Shown: positions 10,780 through 20,995 of the stretch, one piece after another | How the letters are laid out: every line of letters starts with the position of its first letter | Position numbering within the stretch: the first letter of the stretch is position 1 | Source: Vulcanimicrobiota bacterium | GTDB lineage: Bacteria > Vulcanimicrobiota > Vulcanimicrobiia > Vulcanimicrobiales > Vulcanimicrobiaceae | Assembly (NCBI GenBank): GCA_963714015.1 | Contig: OY970223.1 | Location: 2,720,001-2,784,000, forward strand | DNA: 64,000 nt | Direction: 5' to 3' | Notes under the pieces: model-generated | What the model was told of the DNA's origin: nothing | Seen by the model: the letters and a program-made list of their open reading frames with translations, nothing else | Databases searched by the model: none | Translations under genes and position numbers: made by a program

Positions 10780-12744
10780 CTAGAAGTGGCGCGCAATGTA
10801 GTCTATCCAGTAATGATAGACGTCCATTTGGCGTACCGGATCGCTCGGGAAATGCCCGTTCACCGGCCAAACCCGCAGCGTTGCATCCTTGCCGTTGTCG
10901 CGCAGCGCGCGCCAGTACATTGAAGAGGTGGCGAACGGATCGCGGTTGTCTCCGACGTCGGAGAGAATCAGCACGGGCGTGGTGACGTCGCGCACGTACG
11001 TAATCGCGGAGTCTCGGCGCCATTCTGCCGCATTGTTACCAACGAACGGCGATCCGTGAAAGATGTCTTCGTCGGAGAGGCTGTCGTCCGCAACGCCGTA
11101 ATCCGTAACCCAGTCATTCACCGAGGCACCGGAGACTGCAGCTTTCCAAACGTGATACTTCGAGATCATCCAAGCCGTCATGATGCCGCCGTAGGACCAG
11201 CCTGAAACCGCCAGCCGCGAGGTATCGACGATGCCCCGCGCCGTGACGGCGCTCAGGGCAGCCATGATGTCCTTGCCCGGTCCCTCATCCGCATCGTCCA
11301 ATACGGCACGCTGATATGCCAGCCCTAAATTGTCGCTTCCGCGGTAGTTGGGACGTAGGACGAGCCAGCCGCGCGCAGCCAAGACCTGCCCGTAGAAGTC
11401 GAATGCATCTACCGAAGCCGACGTCGGGCCGCCGTGAATGTAAACGACCAGCGGATATTTCTTCTGCGGCGAAAATCCGGGCGGCGTAATCAGTACGGCA
11501 TCGCCGCTGATGCCCAGTGACGTCGGGAACGTCACGGTTTGCATTGACCCTAGATTCAATGCCGCAACGGCGGCATTGAAGTTTGTGAGCTTCGACACGC
11601 CCGAGGGTGCATATTCGAATCACTCCTGGGGTTGCCGGGGCGCGCTTCCGACAAAGACCAATGTTCCGTCGCGGCCGACCGCGCCGCTCATCGTCGAGCC
11701 GACCATCACATCGCCCAGATTCAGCCGCTGCAGCGCGCCTTGGAGCGGAGCCCGCACGACGGCAACGGACGTGCCGTCGTTGGATCTGAAGAGGAGGCCC
11801 GAAGAGTCGGAACTCCACGCAATATCCTGCACGGTGCGATCGAACGGCACCGAGACGGCGATGCCTTCGCCGCCCGCAGGCGTGGTGACGTAGGCTTGCG
11901 TCAGATTGACTTGATTGTCGCCGCGTGAGTAAACGTAAGCGATATGTTTGCCGTCGGCAGAGAAAAGCGGATTGCTTTCCCACGCCGTGTGTCCCGTAAG
12001 CGGCCGAATCCGCCGCGTTGCGACGTCGATCAGATCGATGCGAGAGTAGCTTTCATCGTTCAAAATGGCATTGGGAGCCGAAACGAACGCGATCGTCCGG
12101 CCGTCGGGCGACCAGGATAGCGTCGACTCCGCTTCTCCGGACGTGACGCTGCGCGGACCGAATGTCAATTGACTCGGCGAGCCGCCGTTCGCATCAATCG
12201 TGAAAAGATGAACCGGCCGCGGATCGGCGCGCGCAATTATTGGTTCGGTCGTGAAGATAAAACTGTCGCGAAAGCGATCGGCGCCTTTGCGATCCGGCTT
12301 TGGATCCGCCGCCGTATAGGCAATCGCTTTGCCGTCGGGCCGCCATGCGAATTGTTCGACCCCGTCTTTCGCATTCGTGATCGGACGCGCATCGCCGCCG
12401 TCGAACGGCATGACGAACACCTGACTGGTCGCATCGTCACCGCTGCCGTCGTCGGCGATGAAAGCGAGTCGCGTGCCGTCGGGCGAGAACGCCGGGTCGC
12501 TCAGCCCGGTGCGATTATACGTCAGAACGCGCTGCGCGCGCGTGGCGAGATCGATCAAGACCAAGTCGGAGTCTCGTTTATCCCGATCGAGCACGATCCT
12601 CGAAACGATTACGACGGCACGTTTGCCGTCGGGTGAAACGGCAGGCTGGCTCAGGCCGACCATCCGCGCGTAGTCGTCTTCGCGAATGCCGCGCGAAATA
12701 GCCGCAGGCGCTGCAACCGTCGCGGTCGTGCTTGCGAGTATCAT
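10780..12744 (-). CDS. S9 family peptidase (PD40 propeller + catalytic domain), frameshifted ~11610
   Basis: SPDG repeats; IHGGP, GWSYGG nucleophile, NGHF. Confidence 0.9.
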
Positions 12745-12802
12745 GGCGAACGCTTCCACCTTCACGAGGAAGCCCCTCGCGCGCGCCTGAAAACGTAGAC
12801 GC

Positions 12803-13036
12803 ATGAACGACGCACAGCGCCTTGCCAAATCACTCAACACACTGACCAAGAATCCGCAATTTTCGTACACGAAGGCCCGCGCTGCGGCTCGTCAAGAGCC
12901 GGCCGTAGACTGGGACGCGACCAAGGCGCTCAATGCGGAATTCAATCCCGAGGTCGATGGCTGCGAGTCGTTCGTGATGAGAGACAAGAGTCTGTGCGAA
13001 TGGCTGCCGGGGCAGTACCGGTATGCAGCTCGCTGA
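12803..13036 (+). CDS. Hypothetical protein (77 aa)
   Basis: ORF overlapping the start of the GNAT gene. Confidence 0.6.
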   Translation: MNDAQRLAKSLNTLTKNPQFSYTKARAAARQEPAVDWDATKALNAEFNPEVDGCESFVMRDKSLCEWLPGQYRYAAR

Positions 13037-13622
13037 CGGCTACATCGATCTGCCGCCGGGTAAACTGGCCAACATTCAGACCAATCTGGAAATGCTCTCA
13101 CGACCGAAGCCGGCGCCGGTTCGGGCGGGAACGGATTCATCATGCCGGCTGACGCGGCTCGTAAAACCGGACGCGCAGCGCTATCGCGAGCTTTTCAAAC
13201 GGGTCGGGGAACCGTATTTGTGGTCTTCGCGTCTGGCCATCACCAACCAGGAGTTGCTGGACATCATCCACGACGATGCCGAAGAGGTCTACGCCGTGCA
13301 GTATGAAGGCCGGGAGTGCGGTTTGCTGGAGCTCGATTTCCGAACGCCGGATGAATGCGAGCTGACGTTCTTGGGCCTGACCGGCGACGCCGTCGGCCGC
13401 GGCATCGGCCGGTGGGTCATGAATCAGGCGATCGATCGCGCCTGGTCAAAACCAATCCGCCGCTTTTGGGTGCACACGTGCAATCTGGATCATCCAAGCG
13501 CGCTGCCGTTCTATATTCGGTCGGGATTCGTTCCGTTCAAGCGGCAGATCGAGATCATGCAGGACCCCCGGATGATCGGCCTGCTCTCCAAAGACGCAGC
13601 TCCGCACATCCCGCTTCTGTAA
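13023..13622 (+). CDS. GNAT N-acetyltransferase
   Basis: GRGIGRW acetyl-CoA motif; VHTCNLDHPSALPFYIRSGF. Confidence 0.9.
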   Translation: MQLADGYIDLPPGKLANIQTNLEMLSRPKPAPVRAGTDSSCRLTRLVKPDAQRYRELFKRVGEPYLWSSRLAITNQELLDIIHDDAEEVYAVQYEGRECGLLELDFRTPDECELTFLGLTGDAVGRGIGRWVMNQAIDRAWSKPIRRFWVHTCNLDHPSALPFYIRSGFVPFKRQIEIMQDPRMIGLLSKDAAPHIPLL

Positions 13623-13664
13623 CCGCCGCTATTGCATCATCAATCACTTTGTGCTACAAAGTGA

Positions 13665-14117
13665 TTGATGAAAAGCGGAGCGGTACTCTCGGCGGCGCTA
13701 GCGGCATTGATTGCGGCGTACTGCTGTTGGTGCGCATTCGGGCCGGTGCGCCGCGTCGCGCTGGGACAGCCGATTCGGCATGACGATTTCGTTTTCACGG
13801 TCGAGCGCGTGACCCGCGCGGCGCAAACGAACGGCGCGGCGCGCTATACCGTGATGGTGCTCGTGCAAAATGAGGCGTTGCGCGTACCTTACGAATGGAA
13901 TGACGGCACCGCGTACGTCATCGATGCACGCGGACGGCGCTATGCGCCCGTCACTGGTGAGTCGTTCACGCTCGGGGCAGGTCAATCGCGCGTCGCACGG
14001 ATCGAATTTCGACTGCCCTCTGAAGCACGAAAGCCCGTTATGCGCTTTTGGGACGACGTCCTAATGGGCGATGCGCTCGATGGAAACGCCTATGGACGCA
14101 GTGCCGTAGCGCTCTAA
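13665..14117 (+). CDS. Exported Ig-like (DUF4352-like) protein
   Basis: Signal/TM segment; YVIDARGRRY...LGAGQS...IEFRLP pattern. Confidence 0.55.
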   Translation: MMKSGAVLSAALAALIAAYCCWCAFGPVRRVALGQPIRHDDFVFTVERVTRAAQTNGAARYTVMVLVQNEALRVPYEWNDGTAYVIDARGRRYAPVTGESFTLGAGQSRVARIEFRLPSEARKPVMRFWDDVLMGDALDGNAYGRSAVAL

Positions 14118-14133
14118 CCGCGAAAGCGCAAGC

Positions 14134-15807
14134 ATGAAGCCATCGTTTGGGACGCCCATCGTGATCGCCGCCGTGCTGCTTATCGCGGCAGTATCGCATT
14201 CGCCTCAGAGCGCCGACTCTGCCGCCGGTCCTCGTTTCGACGTGATCTTGAACGGCGGAGTGCTCTCCGAGTCCGCCGTCAACGGACGCGTATTCGTAGC
14301 GCTTTCGCGCAGCGCAACGCCCGAACCGCGCGAACTTGCAGGCGAGTTGGCGACCAGCGTGCCGTTCTTCGGCCTCGACGTGCATGATTTGCGGGCAGGC
14401 CGGACGGTGACTATCGACGCTTCGATTGCCGGTTATCCAACGCATACGCTGCTCGACGTTCCGCCCGGCGACTATTACGCACAAGCGATTTTGAGCGTCT
14501 ACACGCGTTACCCGAGATCCGACGGGCACGTGATCTGGGCGCATCAAGATCAGTGGGAGGGACAAGAGTTCGGACTCTCTCCGGGCAATCCGATCAGCAC
14601 GCCGGTACGCATTCATTTCGACCCGCGCGGCAGCACGACGTTCACGCTGCATTTGAGTCGCGTCATTCCGCCCATCGCCGAACCGCCCGATACGGCGTGG
14701 GTCAAGCACGTCAAGATCCGCAGCGCGCTGCTCACAAAGTTCTGGGGCGTTCCGCAGTATTTGGGCGCCGTCGTGCTGCTGCCGAAAGGCTACGCGCAGT
14801 CCAATGCAATCTATCCGGCGGTGTACGAACAAGGTCATTTCTCCCTTTCCGCGCCGTTCGGATTCGATCCGCAGGCGAAGGCGCCGACACCGGAACAACT
14901 GGCCCGCATCCGCAGCTACGGCTCACGGGAGAGCCGTTACGCCTTTTCGCAAGAGTGGATGAGCGGCCAAATCCCGCCGATGGTCGCAATAACGTTTCAG
15001 CATCCCACGCCATACTACGACGACTCGTACGCGGTCGATTCCGTCAACAATGGTCCGTACGGTACCGCGATCATGACCGAACTGATACCGTATCTGGAGA
15101 AGCACTTTCGGTTGATACCCTCGGGCAAAGCGCGCTTTCTGATCGGCGGATCCACCGGCGGCTGGGAAGCGCTCGCGCTGCAAATCTACCATCCGGAGGA
15201 CTTCAACGGTGCGTGGGGACTCTTTCCGGATCCCGTGGATTTCCACCGTTTTCAGATCGGCAATCTCTACCAAGACGCAAACGCATTTTACGAACCGTAT
15301 GCCGACTGGAACAATGCAGAGATCGGCGCGCAGCGCCGCGCCGACGGGCTGCAGGTCGAAACGATGCGCGGCGAGAGCCGGCTGGAATACGTGCGCGGCT
15401 CGCACGGGCTCTCGACGGAGCAGTTCAATGCCTGGGATGCTGCTTGGGGACCGATTCGATCCGACGGCTATCCGCGCGAGCTTTGGGACAAACACACGGG
15501 CGTCATCGATCGCGGCGCAGTGCTCTGGTCGCGCGACCACGGCTACGATTTGACTGCATATTTGCAAAGCAATTGGAGCCGCATCGGCCCTTCACTAAAC
15601 GGGAAACTTCACGTGGACGTCGGCGATCAGGACGACTACTATTTGAACCTGGCGGTGTACCTGATGCAAGCGGCGGTCGATCGCCTAACGCCGGCGGCAA
15701 ACGCGACGTTCAACTACGGACGCCCGCTTCGGCCGCACGGCTATCAGGCAAAGAGCAATCTGGGGTATTTGCGCGACATGTACTCCCGCTTCAAGGACGG
15801 CAGTTAA
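14134..15807 (+). CDS. Secreted alpha/beta-hydrolase (putative esterase)
   Basis: Signal peptide; GGSTGGW nucleophile elbow; DSVNNGPYG. Confidence 0.85.
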   Translation: MKPSFGTPIVIAAVLLIAAVSHSPQSADSAAGPRFDVILNGGVLSESAVNGRVFVALSRSATPEPRELAGELATSVPFFGLDVHDLRAGRTVTIDASIAGYPTHTLLDVPPGDYYAQAILSVYTRYPRSDGHVIWAHQDQWEGQEFGLSPGNPISTPVRIHFDPRGSTTFTLHLSRVIPPIAEPPDTAWVKHVKIRSALLTKFWGVPQYLGAVVLLPKGYAQSNAIYPAVYEQGHFSLSAPFGFDPQAKAPTPEQLARIRSYGSRESRYAFSQEWMSGQIPPMVAITFQHPTPYYDDSYAVDSVNNGPYGTAIMTELIPYLEKHFRLIPSGKARFLIGGSTGGWEALALQIYHPEDFNGAWGLFPDPVDFHRFQIGNLYQDANAFYEPYADWNNAEIGAQRRADGLQVETMRGESRLEYVRGSHGLSTEQFNAWDAAWGPIRSDGYPRELWDKHTGVIDRGAVLWSRDHGYDLTAYLQSNWSRIGPSLNGKLHVDVGDQDDYYLNLAVYLMQAAVDRLTPAANATFNYGRPLRPHGYQAKSNLGYLRDMYSRFKDGS

Positions 15808-16511
15808 CCGCCTTCGGTGATCTTCGTCATTTTCACGCAGATCAGCGTATCCTCAGGCTTGCCGGCGAGCATGTCGATAAGGCCGGACGACACGTTCAGT
15901 TGACCCAGCGTCGGCCATTTCGTCAACCATCCGACGTAGTCGGCGAGCGGCACGCGCAGATACTGATAGCCGCCATGCGAATCGCTAAAGCGCACGGCGA
16001 GCGTGACCGGCGCAGCCCGCTGCAATTCCCGCGTCGGAAGAATCGACGCATAGTAGGAATCCGGCTCGTTGTCGACGTCAATTTGCGCCGGCAACGGGTC
16101 GGTGATCGGATCGTTGCATTTGAGCGTGTGCGCGAAGACCATCACCGTCGGCTGCACGTACGAAAATTCGAACGGCGCGGTTCCTTCGACAATGGCGGGA
16201 ACCGGCGGAGTTACCGGCGGTCCAGGCTGCAGCGAAACCGCCGCGCCGCGGTTGACACCCGGCAGGATGGAGATGAATTGCACGGCACTGCAGCCGCCGC
16301 TCGTGATCTGCGCGCGATACAGTCCGAAAGGAATGTCGAACTCCACCGGAGCCTGCTGCGTCGTGCCGCGTTCCACGGCAAACTTCTGGTCCAGCGCGGT
16401 GCGATCGAGTTTGTCGGTCAGAACGACGCGCAGCGGGACGTCACGGTTTGCGGCCTGCCGAACGACCGAACTGCAAAGTGAAACATGCATGACGATGTGC
16501 GAGAGCGGCAT
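15804..16511 (-). CDS. Hypothetical protein
   Basis: Clean ORF, convergent 4-bp overlap with the esterase. Confidence 0.65.
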   Translation of the reverse strand: MPLSHIVMHVSLCSSVVRQAANRDVPLRVVLTDKLDRTALDQKFAVERGTTQQAPVEFDIPFGLYRAQITSGGCSAVQFISILPGVNRGAAVSLQPGPPVTPPVPAIVEGTAPFEFSYVQPTVMVFAHTLKCNDPITDPLPAQIDVDNEPDSYYASILPTRELQRAAPVTLAVRFSDSHGGYQYLRVPLADYVGWLTKWPTLGQLNVSSGLIDMLAGKPEDTLICVKMTKITEGG

Positions 16512-16566
16512 GGTACGGTAACGTTCAACATTCGCCGTTCGTGCCATGCGAATCTGAACGCAGCAA

Positions 16567-16598
16567 CGAAAAAAGAGCCCCGCAGGGGCCCTTTTCGT
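16567..16598 (-). terminator. Intrinsic terminator after tRNA-Ser(CGA)
   Basis: GC hairpin (GCCCC-GCA-GGGGC core) with U-tract on the minus strand. Confidence 0.75.
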
Positions 16599-16602
16599 AC
16601 TT

Positions 16603-16690
16603 CGGAGAGGGTGAGATTCGAACTCACGGAACGCTCATCACGTTCGCCCGCTTTCGAGGCGGGTGCCTTCAACCACTCGACCACCTCTCC
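16603..16690 (-). tRNA. tRNA-Ser(CGA)
   Basis: GGAGAGG/CCTCTCC acceptor, CCCGC-CTCGAAA-GCGGG, long variable arm. Confidence 0.95.
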
Positions 16691-16707
16691 CGAGCGACCG
16701 CTGCAGA

Positions 16708-17193
<486 letters not shown>

Positions 17194-17268
17194 TCAAAAT
17201 CGTCCGATCGTGGGCGACGTCCGATGCCGAGCGATGCTACGTTGCAGACCTTACCTTGAGGAGGAAGC

Positions 17269-18597
17269 ATGAAATTCAAATTGGTCTTTGCAACGATCGC
17301 CGCATTGCTGGTCGCCGCTTGTTCGAGCGGAACGGGCGGGGCGCCGGCGGTCGACATGGAACGCTCCGCTGCGTCGAGTTCGCGCGCGACGGGAAGTCCG
17401 CCGTTCTACAACGTGAAGCTGTTCGGGGCGTTCGGTGGGACGCAAAGCAACGCGGCCAGCATCAACGAACGCGGCTGGATCGCGGGCTCTGCCGATCAAG
17501 CCGACAATGCGACGAGTCACGCGGCCATTTGGGGCGACGGCGCGCCCAAAGACTTACAGACGCTGGGCGGACCCAGCAGCGCGATCGCTTGGCCGAATCT
17601 CGACAACTTCGGCATGGCTGCGGGAATTTCCGAAAAACTCGAGACGAATCCGTATAACGAGCCGTGGAGCTGCTGGGTCTTCTTCCCTTACGCCAATCCG
17701 TCGTATCACGAATGCGTCGGGTTCAGATGGCAAAACGACAAGATGGTGGCGCTCTCCACACTCGGCGGTCCGGACGGGTACGCCGCCGGAACGAACGACG
17801 AGGGACGGATCGTTGGTTGGGCCGAGAACACCACGCAAGATCAAACATGCGACAGCGGGCAAGTTTTGCAGTTCGAGCCGGTATATTGGGATCGAAGTGG
17901 AGTGATTCATCAATTGCCCACGCTCGAAGGCGATCCGGACGGCGCGGCGACTGCGAACAACGACAGCGGACAGATCGTCGGTATCTCCGGAACCTGCGAT
18001 CAGGCCGTGGGACGCTTTACGGCAACGCATATGGTGATCTGGAATAGCGGCGGCGCGGTTCGTCTGCTCGCGAAGCTGCAGAGCGTTTCATGGAACACGC
18101 CCACGGCAATCAATCAATCCGGACAAGTTACCGGCTTCGTAAATATTCCCGGCGGCGGCGATCCGCAGGGGCAACTGCAGCCGATTGCGTTCCTCTGGTC
18201 GCGCGGGACGCTGACTGACATCAACCCGCTCGGCACGGACGCGTATAGCCAAGGCGAGGGCATCAACGACGAGGGCGATGTCGTCGGCGTTTCCTACGGT
18301 GCGGGCTTCTCAACCGCTCGGGCATTCCTCTATCACAAAGGCAAAGCGTACGACCTGAACGGCCTGACGGCGCCCGGCTCGCCTTATCTGCTCGTCGCGA
18401 ATGCCGTCGACGACCGCGGAAACATCGTCGGACAGGCCGTCGACGCAAACGGCGATCTGCTCGCATTCGTTGCGCGTTTGCCAAGCGACATGCAACTGAA
18501 GGACGCGCAGCTCGCCTCGCGCGCAGCGGCAGTTCCCATGCGCCTTCCGCTTAGCGTGCGCTATCGGTTGCTTCGCCGATGGGGAGCCGTTCGTTAA
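17269..18597 (+). CDS. Lipoprotein with HAF-like extracellular repeats
   Basis: Lipobox AAC; recurring AxxINxxGxIVG / LxTLGG repeats; GAGG RBS. Confidence 0.8.
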   Translation: MKFKLVFATIAALLVAACSSGTGGAPAVDMERSAASSSRATGSPPFYNVKLFGAFGGTQSNAASINERGWIAGSADQADNATSHAAIWGDGAPKDLQTLGGPSSAIAWPNLDNFGMAAGISEKLETNPYNEPWSCWVFFPYANPSYHECVGFRWQNDKMVALSTLGGPDGYAAGTNDEGRIVGWAENTTQDQTCDSGQVLQFEPVYWDRSGVIHQLPTLEGDPDGAATANNDSGQIVGISGTCDQAVGRFTATHMVIWNSGGAVRLLAKLQSVSWNTPTAINQSGQVTGFVNIPGGGDPQGQLQPIAFLWSRGTLTDINPLGTDAYSQGEGINDEGDVVGVSYGAGFSTARAFLYHKGKAYDLNGLTAPGSPYLLVANAVDDRGNIVGQAVDANGDLLAFVARLPSDMQLKDAQLASRAAAVPMRLPLSVRYRLLRRWGAVR

Positions 18598-18611
18598 CGC
18601 AAGTAACTAAA

Positions 18612-19481
18612 CTAGCGAACCTCGCGGCGCACATGCGCCGGCGTGATGCCGTGCAGCCGGCGCATGTGCCGCGAAAGATGGCTCTGATTGGAGAATCCGG
18701 ATTGCAGGGCGACCTGAACGATTGGCAGGTTCGTGCGAATCAGCAAATCGATCGCGCGCTCGACGCGCGCGCCGATCACGTATTGATGCACCGCTACGCC
18801 CATCGACTCTCTAAAGCGCACTTTGAAGTGCGAAGGACTGACCGCGGCGACCGATGCCAGTTCCGCAAGGGAGAGATCCCGCGCAACATGTTCGCGAACG
18901 TGGTCGAGAACCCGGCGCAAGCACCGTTCCGGCAATCCGGCGGCGCGACGTTCCACTTTGGGTGCATATTTCCGCAAGAGTTGCGCCGCAAGCGCGCAGC
19001 CCAAACTTTCTGCGTAGAGCCGCCCCATCGGCGCATCGCTTTGGAGTTCGGCATACAGCGCCCAGGCGACGTGCTCGATTCGTTCGTCCTTCAGATGCAA
19101 CTGGGGCGCAATGCCGGCCCGATCTGCATCGATCCCCATTTCGGCTGCCGCCTCGCGTACAAACCACGGAGCCAGGTTCAACACTAGCTTGCGGGTGGGT
19201 GCTGCGATCTCCCAAACGCGTGAATAGCCTGCCGGTATCACTTTCACGTCGCCCGGGACTTGGAGCCGGTGGATGGAGTTTCCGTCGCAGCGGCTCGTTA
19301 CGATCACCGGAGCGCCGACGTGCATACTGACGCTGTGCACCGAGAAAAAGTCGTCGGAGTAACCGTCCGTAGCGTCGTAGAGCAACGCTTCAAAGCCGCG
19401 CCAACCGCGACTGCGGCTGGACGAACGTATGGAATACGCAATTTCTCGCGCGGGCCGTTCAACCCACGCTCGCTCTTCCAT
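18612..19481 (-). CDS. AraC family transcriptional regulator
   Basis: LSLAELA...SPSHF...VALQSGFSNQSHLSR double HTH. Confidence 0.93.
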   Translation of the reverse strand: MEERAWVERPAREIAYSIRSSSRSRGWRGFEALLYDATDGYSDDFFSVHSVSMHVGAPVIVTSRCDGNSIHRLQVPGDVKVIPAGYSRVWEIAAPTRKLVLNLAPWFVREAAAEMGIDADRAGIAPQLHLKDERIEHVAWALYAELQSDAPMGRLYAESLGCALAAQLLRKYAPKVERRAAGLPERCLRRVLDHVREHVARDLSLAELASVAAVSPSHFKVRFRESMGVAVHQYVIGARVERAIDLLIRTNLPIVQVALQSGFSNQSHLSRHMRRLHGITPAHVRREVR

Positions 19482-19529
19482 ATGTGCGGCAACGCCTAAC
19501 GTGACGCGGATGTGACGGCGGAGGAGATG

Positions 19530-19603
19530 CGCGCTCGAAGGGACTTGAACCCCCAGCCTTCGCCTTCGGAGGGCGACGCTCTATCCAATTGAGCTACGAG
19601 CGC
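19530..19603 (-). tRNA. tRNA-Arg(CCG)
   Basis: GCGCTCG/CGAGCGC acceptor; TCGCC-CTCCGAA-GGCGA. Confidence 0.95.
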
Positions 19604-19611
19604 ACGGTGCT

Positions 19612-19848
19612 TTAGCGCTGATTCTCCTGCGGGCCGCCGGGACTGGGGATGTGTTTGAAGAGATCCAGCTTGTGGTCGACCAGTCCACGGTAGAACTTGC
19701 GCACGCAGTCGGGATGTCCGAAGAAATACGTGCGCGCATACGCCAAGTCGTCTCCCGAGCTGTCCGGTACGTAGTGCGAAATCTCAATCTCTTCCATCTG
19801 ATTTCGGTCGACGGGGTGTGGGCAGAAATCGCACGGGATGGTTGACAT
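19612..19848 (-). CDS. Small putative zinc-finger protein (CxxC...HxxC)
   Basis: CDFC and HPDC; GAGGT RBS. Confidence 0.65.
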   Translation of the reverse strand: MSTIPCDFCPHPVDRNQMEEIEISHYVPDSSGDDLAYARTYFFGHPDCVRKFYRGLVDHKLDLFKHIPSPGGPQENQR

Positions 19849-19906
19849 GGTAATGCTACCTCTGAAAGCGGGAGCGGCCGCCTGCCGGCGGCCGTGCCCG
19901 TTGATC

Positions 19907-19981
19907 TGGTGACTCGGGTAGGGATCGAACCTACGACCTAGGGCTTATGAGTCCCCCGCTCTACCGCTGAGTCACCGAGCC
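19907..19981 (-). tRNA. tRNA-Met(CAT), probably elongator
   Basis: GGCTCGG/CCGAGTC acceptor, CTCATAA loop, encoded CCA. Confidence 0.85.
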
Positions 19982-20004
19982 GCGCCCGCTTGGGGGAGTG
20001 AATC

Positions 20005-20078
20005 CGCGGTCGGAGGGACTCGAACCCCCAACCTACAAGTTCGTAGCCTGTTGCTCTATCCAATTGAGCTACGACCGC
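20005..20078 (-). tRNA. tRNA-Arg(ACG)
   Basis: GCGGTCG/CGACCGC acceptor; ACAGG-CTACGAA-CTTGT. Confidence 0.95.
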
Positions 20079-20121
20079 GCACAGCCGCGAAGGGTACTTC
20101 GCGGTTTTATTTTTCCCCTTT

Positions 20122-20282
20122 TATAAGGCGCTGCGGCCTAGCCTCCGCGCCCCCCACGCTAAAGCGTGGGGCCCCCCTTTTCCTCATGGCGCGTGAAGAT
20201 GATCCCACACCATTGTCTCCCCGAGGGCGCCGGGGAGATTATGTTTTTTGAAGGCGCGCAGGGTAGGCCGGAGCGCCTTTTA
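20122..20282. repeat. REPIN/MITE-like element with imperfect 27-bp terminal inverted repeats
   Basis: Arms 20125-20151 and 20253-20279 (24/27 complementary); internal hairpins CCCCACGCTAAAGCGTGGGG and TCTCCCCG..CGGGGAGA; related to 39829-40063. Confidence 0.8.
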
Positions 20283-20285
20283 AAC

Positions 20286-20373
20286 CGGAGAGGGAGGGAT
20301 TCGAACCCTCGGACGGTTTTTGACCGTCGGTCATTTAGCAAACGACTGGTTTCAGCCACTCACCCACCTCTCC
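20286..20373 (-). tRNA. tRNA-Ser(GCT)
   Basis: GGAGAGG/CCTCTCC acceptor; GTCGT-TTGCTAA-ATGAC; TGGTATAGT extended -10 upstream. Confidence 0.95.
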
Positions 20374-20437
20374 GCGGCCGCGGACCACTATACCACAGCG
20401 CTCCCGTCCGGACCTAGCGCGAATTTGTTAAGGAACC

Positions 20438-20995
20438 TCAGCTGCTCGGCGGCGATTGCGGCCCCGGAGGCGTTCGCGGCGGCTCGTCGACGAATTCCGG
20501 CACGACGCGCGGCGTTGCGGGCGTACGAGCGGGCCGTCCGAGCATAGCGTCGACTCCGACGACGCGCCCCGCGGGAACGGCGAGCATCAAAAACGAGAGT
20601 ACGAATGCGACCGCATCGCTGGAACCGATGCCCGTCCAGTCGTTGAACGAGCCGTCCGCCAATCCATAGTTCAATGCCAAAAAGCAGCCGACGAGGCCCC
20701 CGAAACGCGTGAAAATTCCCAGCAGAAGCGCGCAGCCCGTAAGTACTTCGCCCAAGCGAACCAGCTCCGCAAAAAGCGCCATGTTCGGTATGACGACGCT
20801 CGTAAGAAAGTCATGATATGGACCGGTCTGCGAATTAGCCGCCTGCATCACCAACTTCGGCATGAAACCGTCCGGCGGCATGAACTTCGCGCTGTAGAGA
20901 AACTTCGGAATGCCGTGAGAGAGCCAAAAGGCGCCGGCGTAAATCCGTAAGAGCGTGAACCATCCCGCGTAGGTCCAATGCGAGGCCATTCTCAT
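20438..20995 (-). CDS. DoxX family membrane protein
   Basis: LLRIYAGAFWLSHGIPKF; GEVLTGCALLLGIFTR; AGRVVGVDA. Confidence 0.85.
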   Translation of the reverse strand: MRMASHWTYAGWFTLLRIYAGAFWLSHGIPKFLYSAKFMPPDGFMPKLVMQAANSQTGPYHDFLTSVVIPNMALFAELVRLGEVLTGCALLLGIFTRFGGLVGCFLALNYGLADGSFNDWTGIGSSDAVAFVLSFLMLAVPAGRVVGVDAMLGRPARTPATPRVVPEFVDEPPRTPPGPQSPPSS

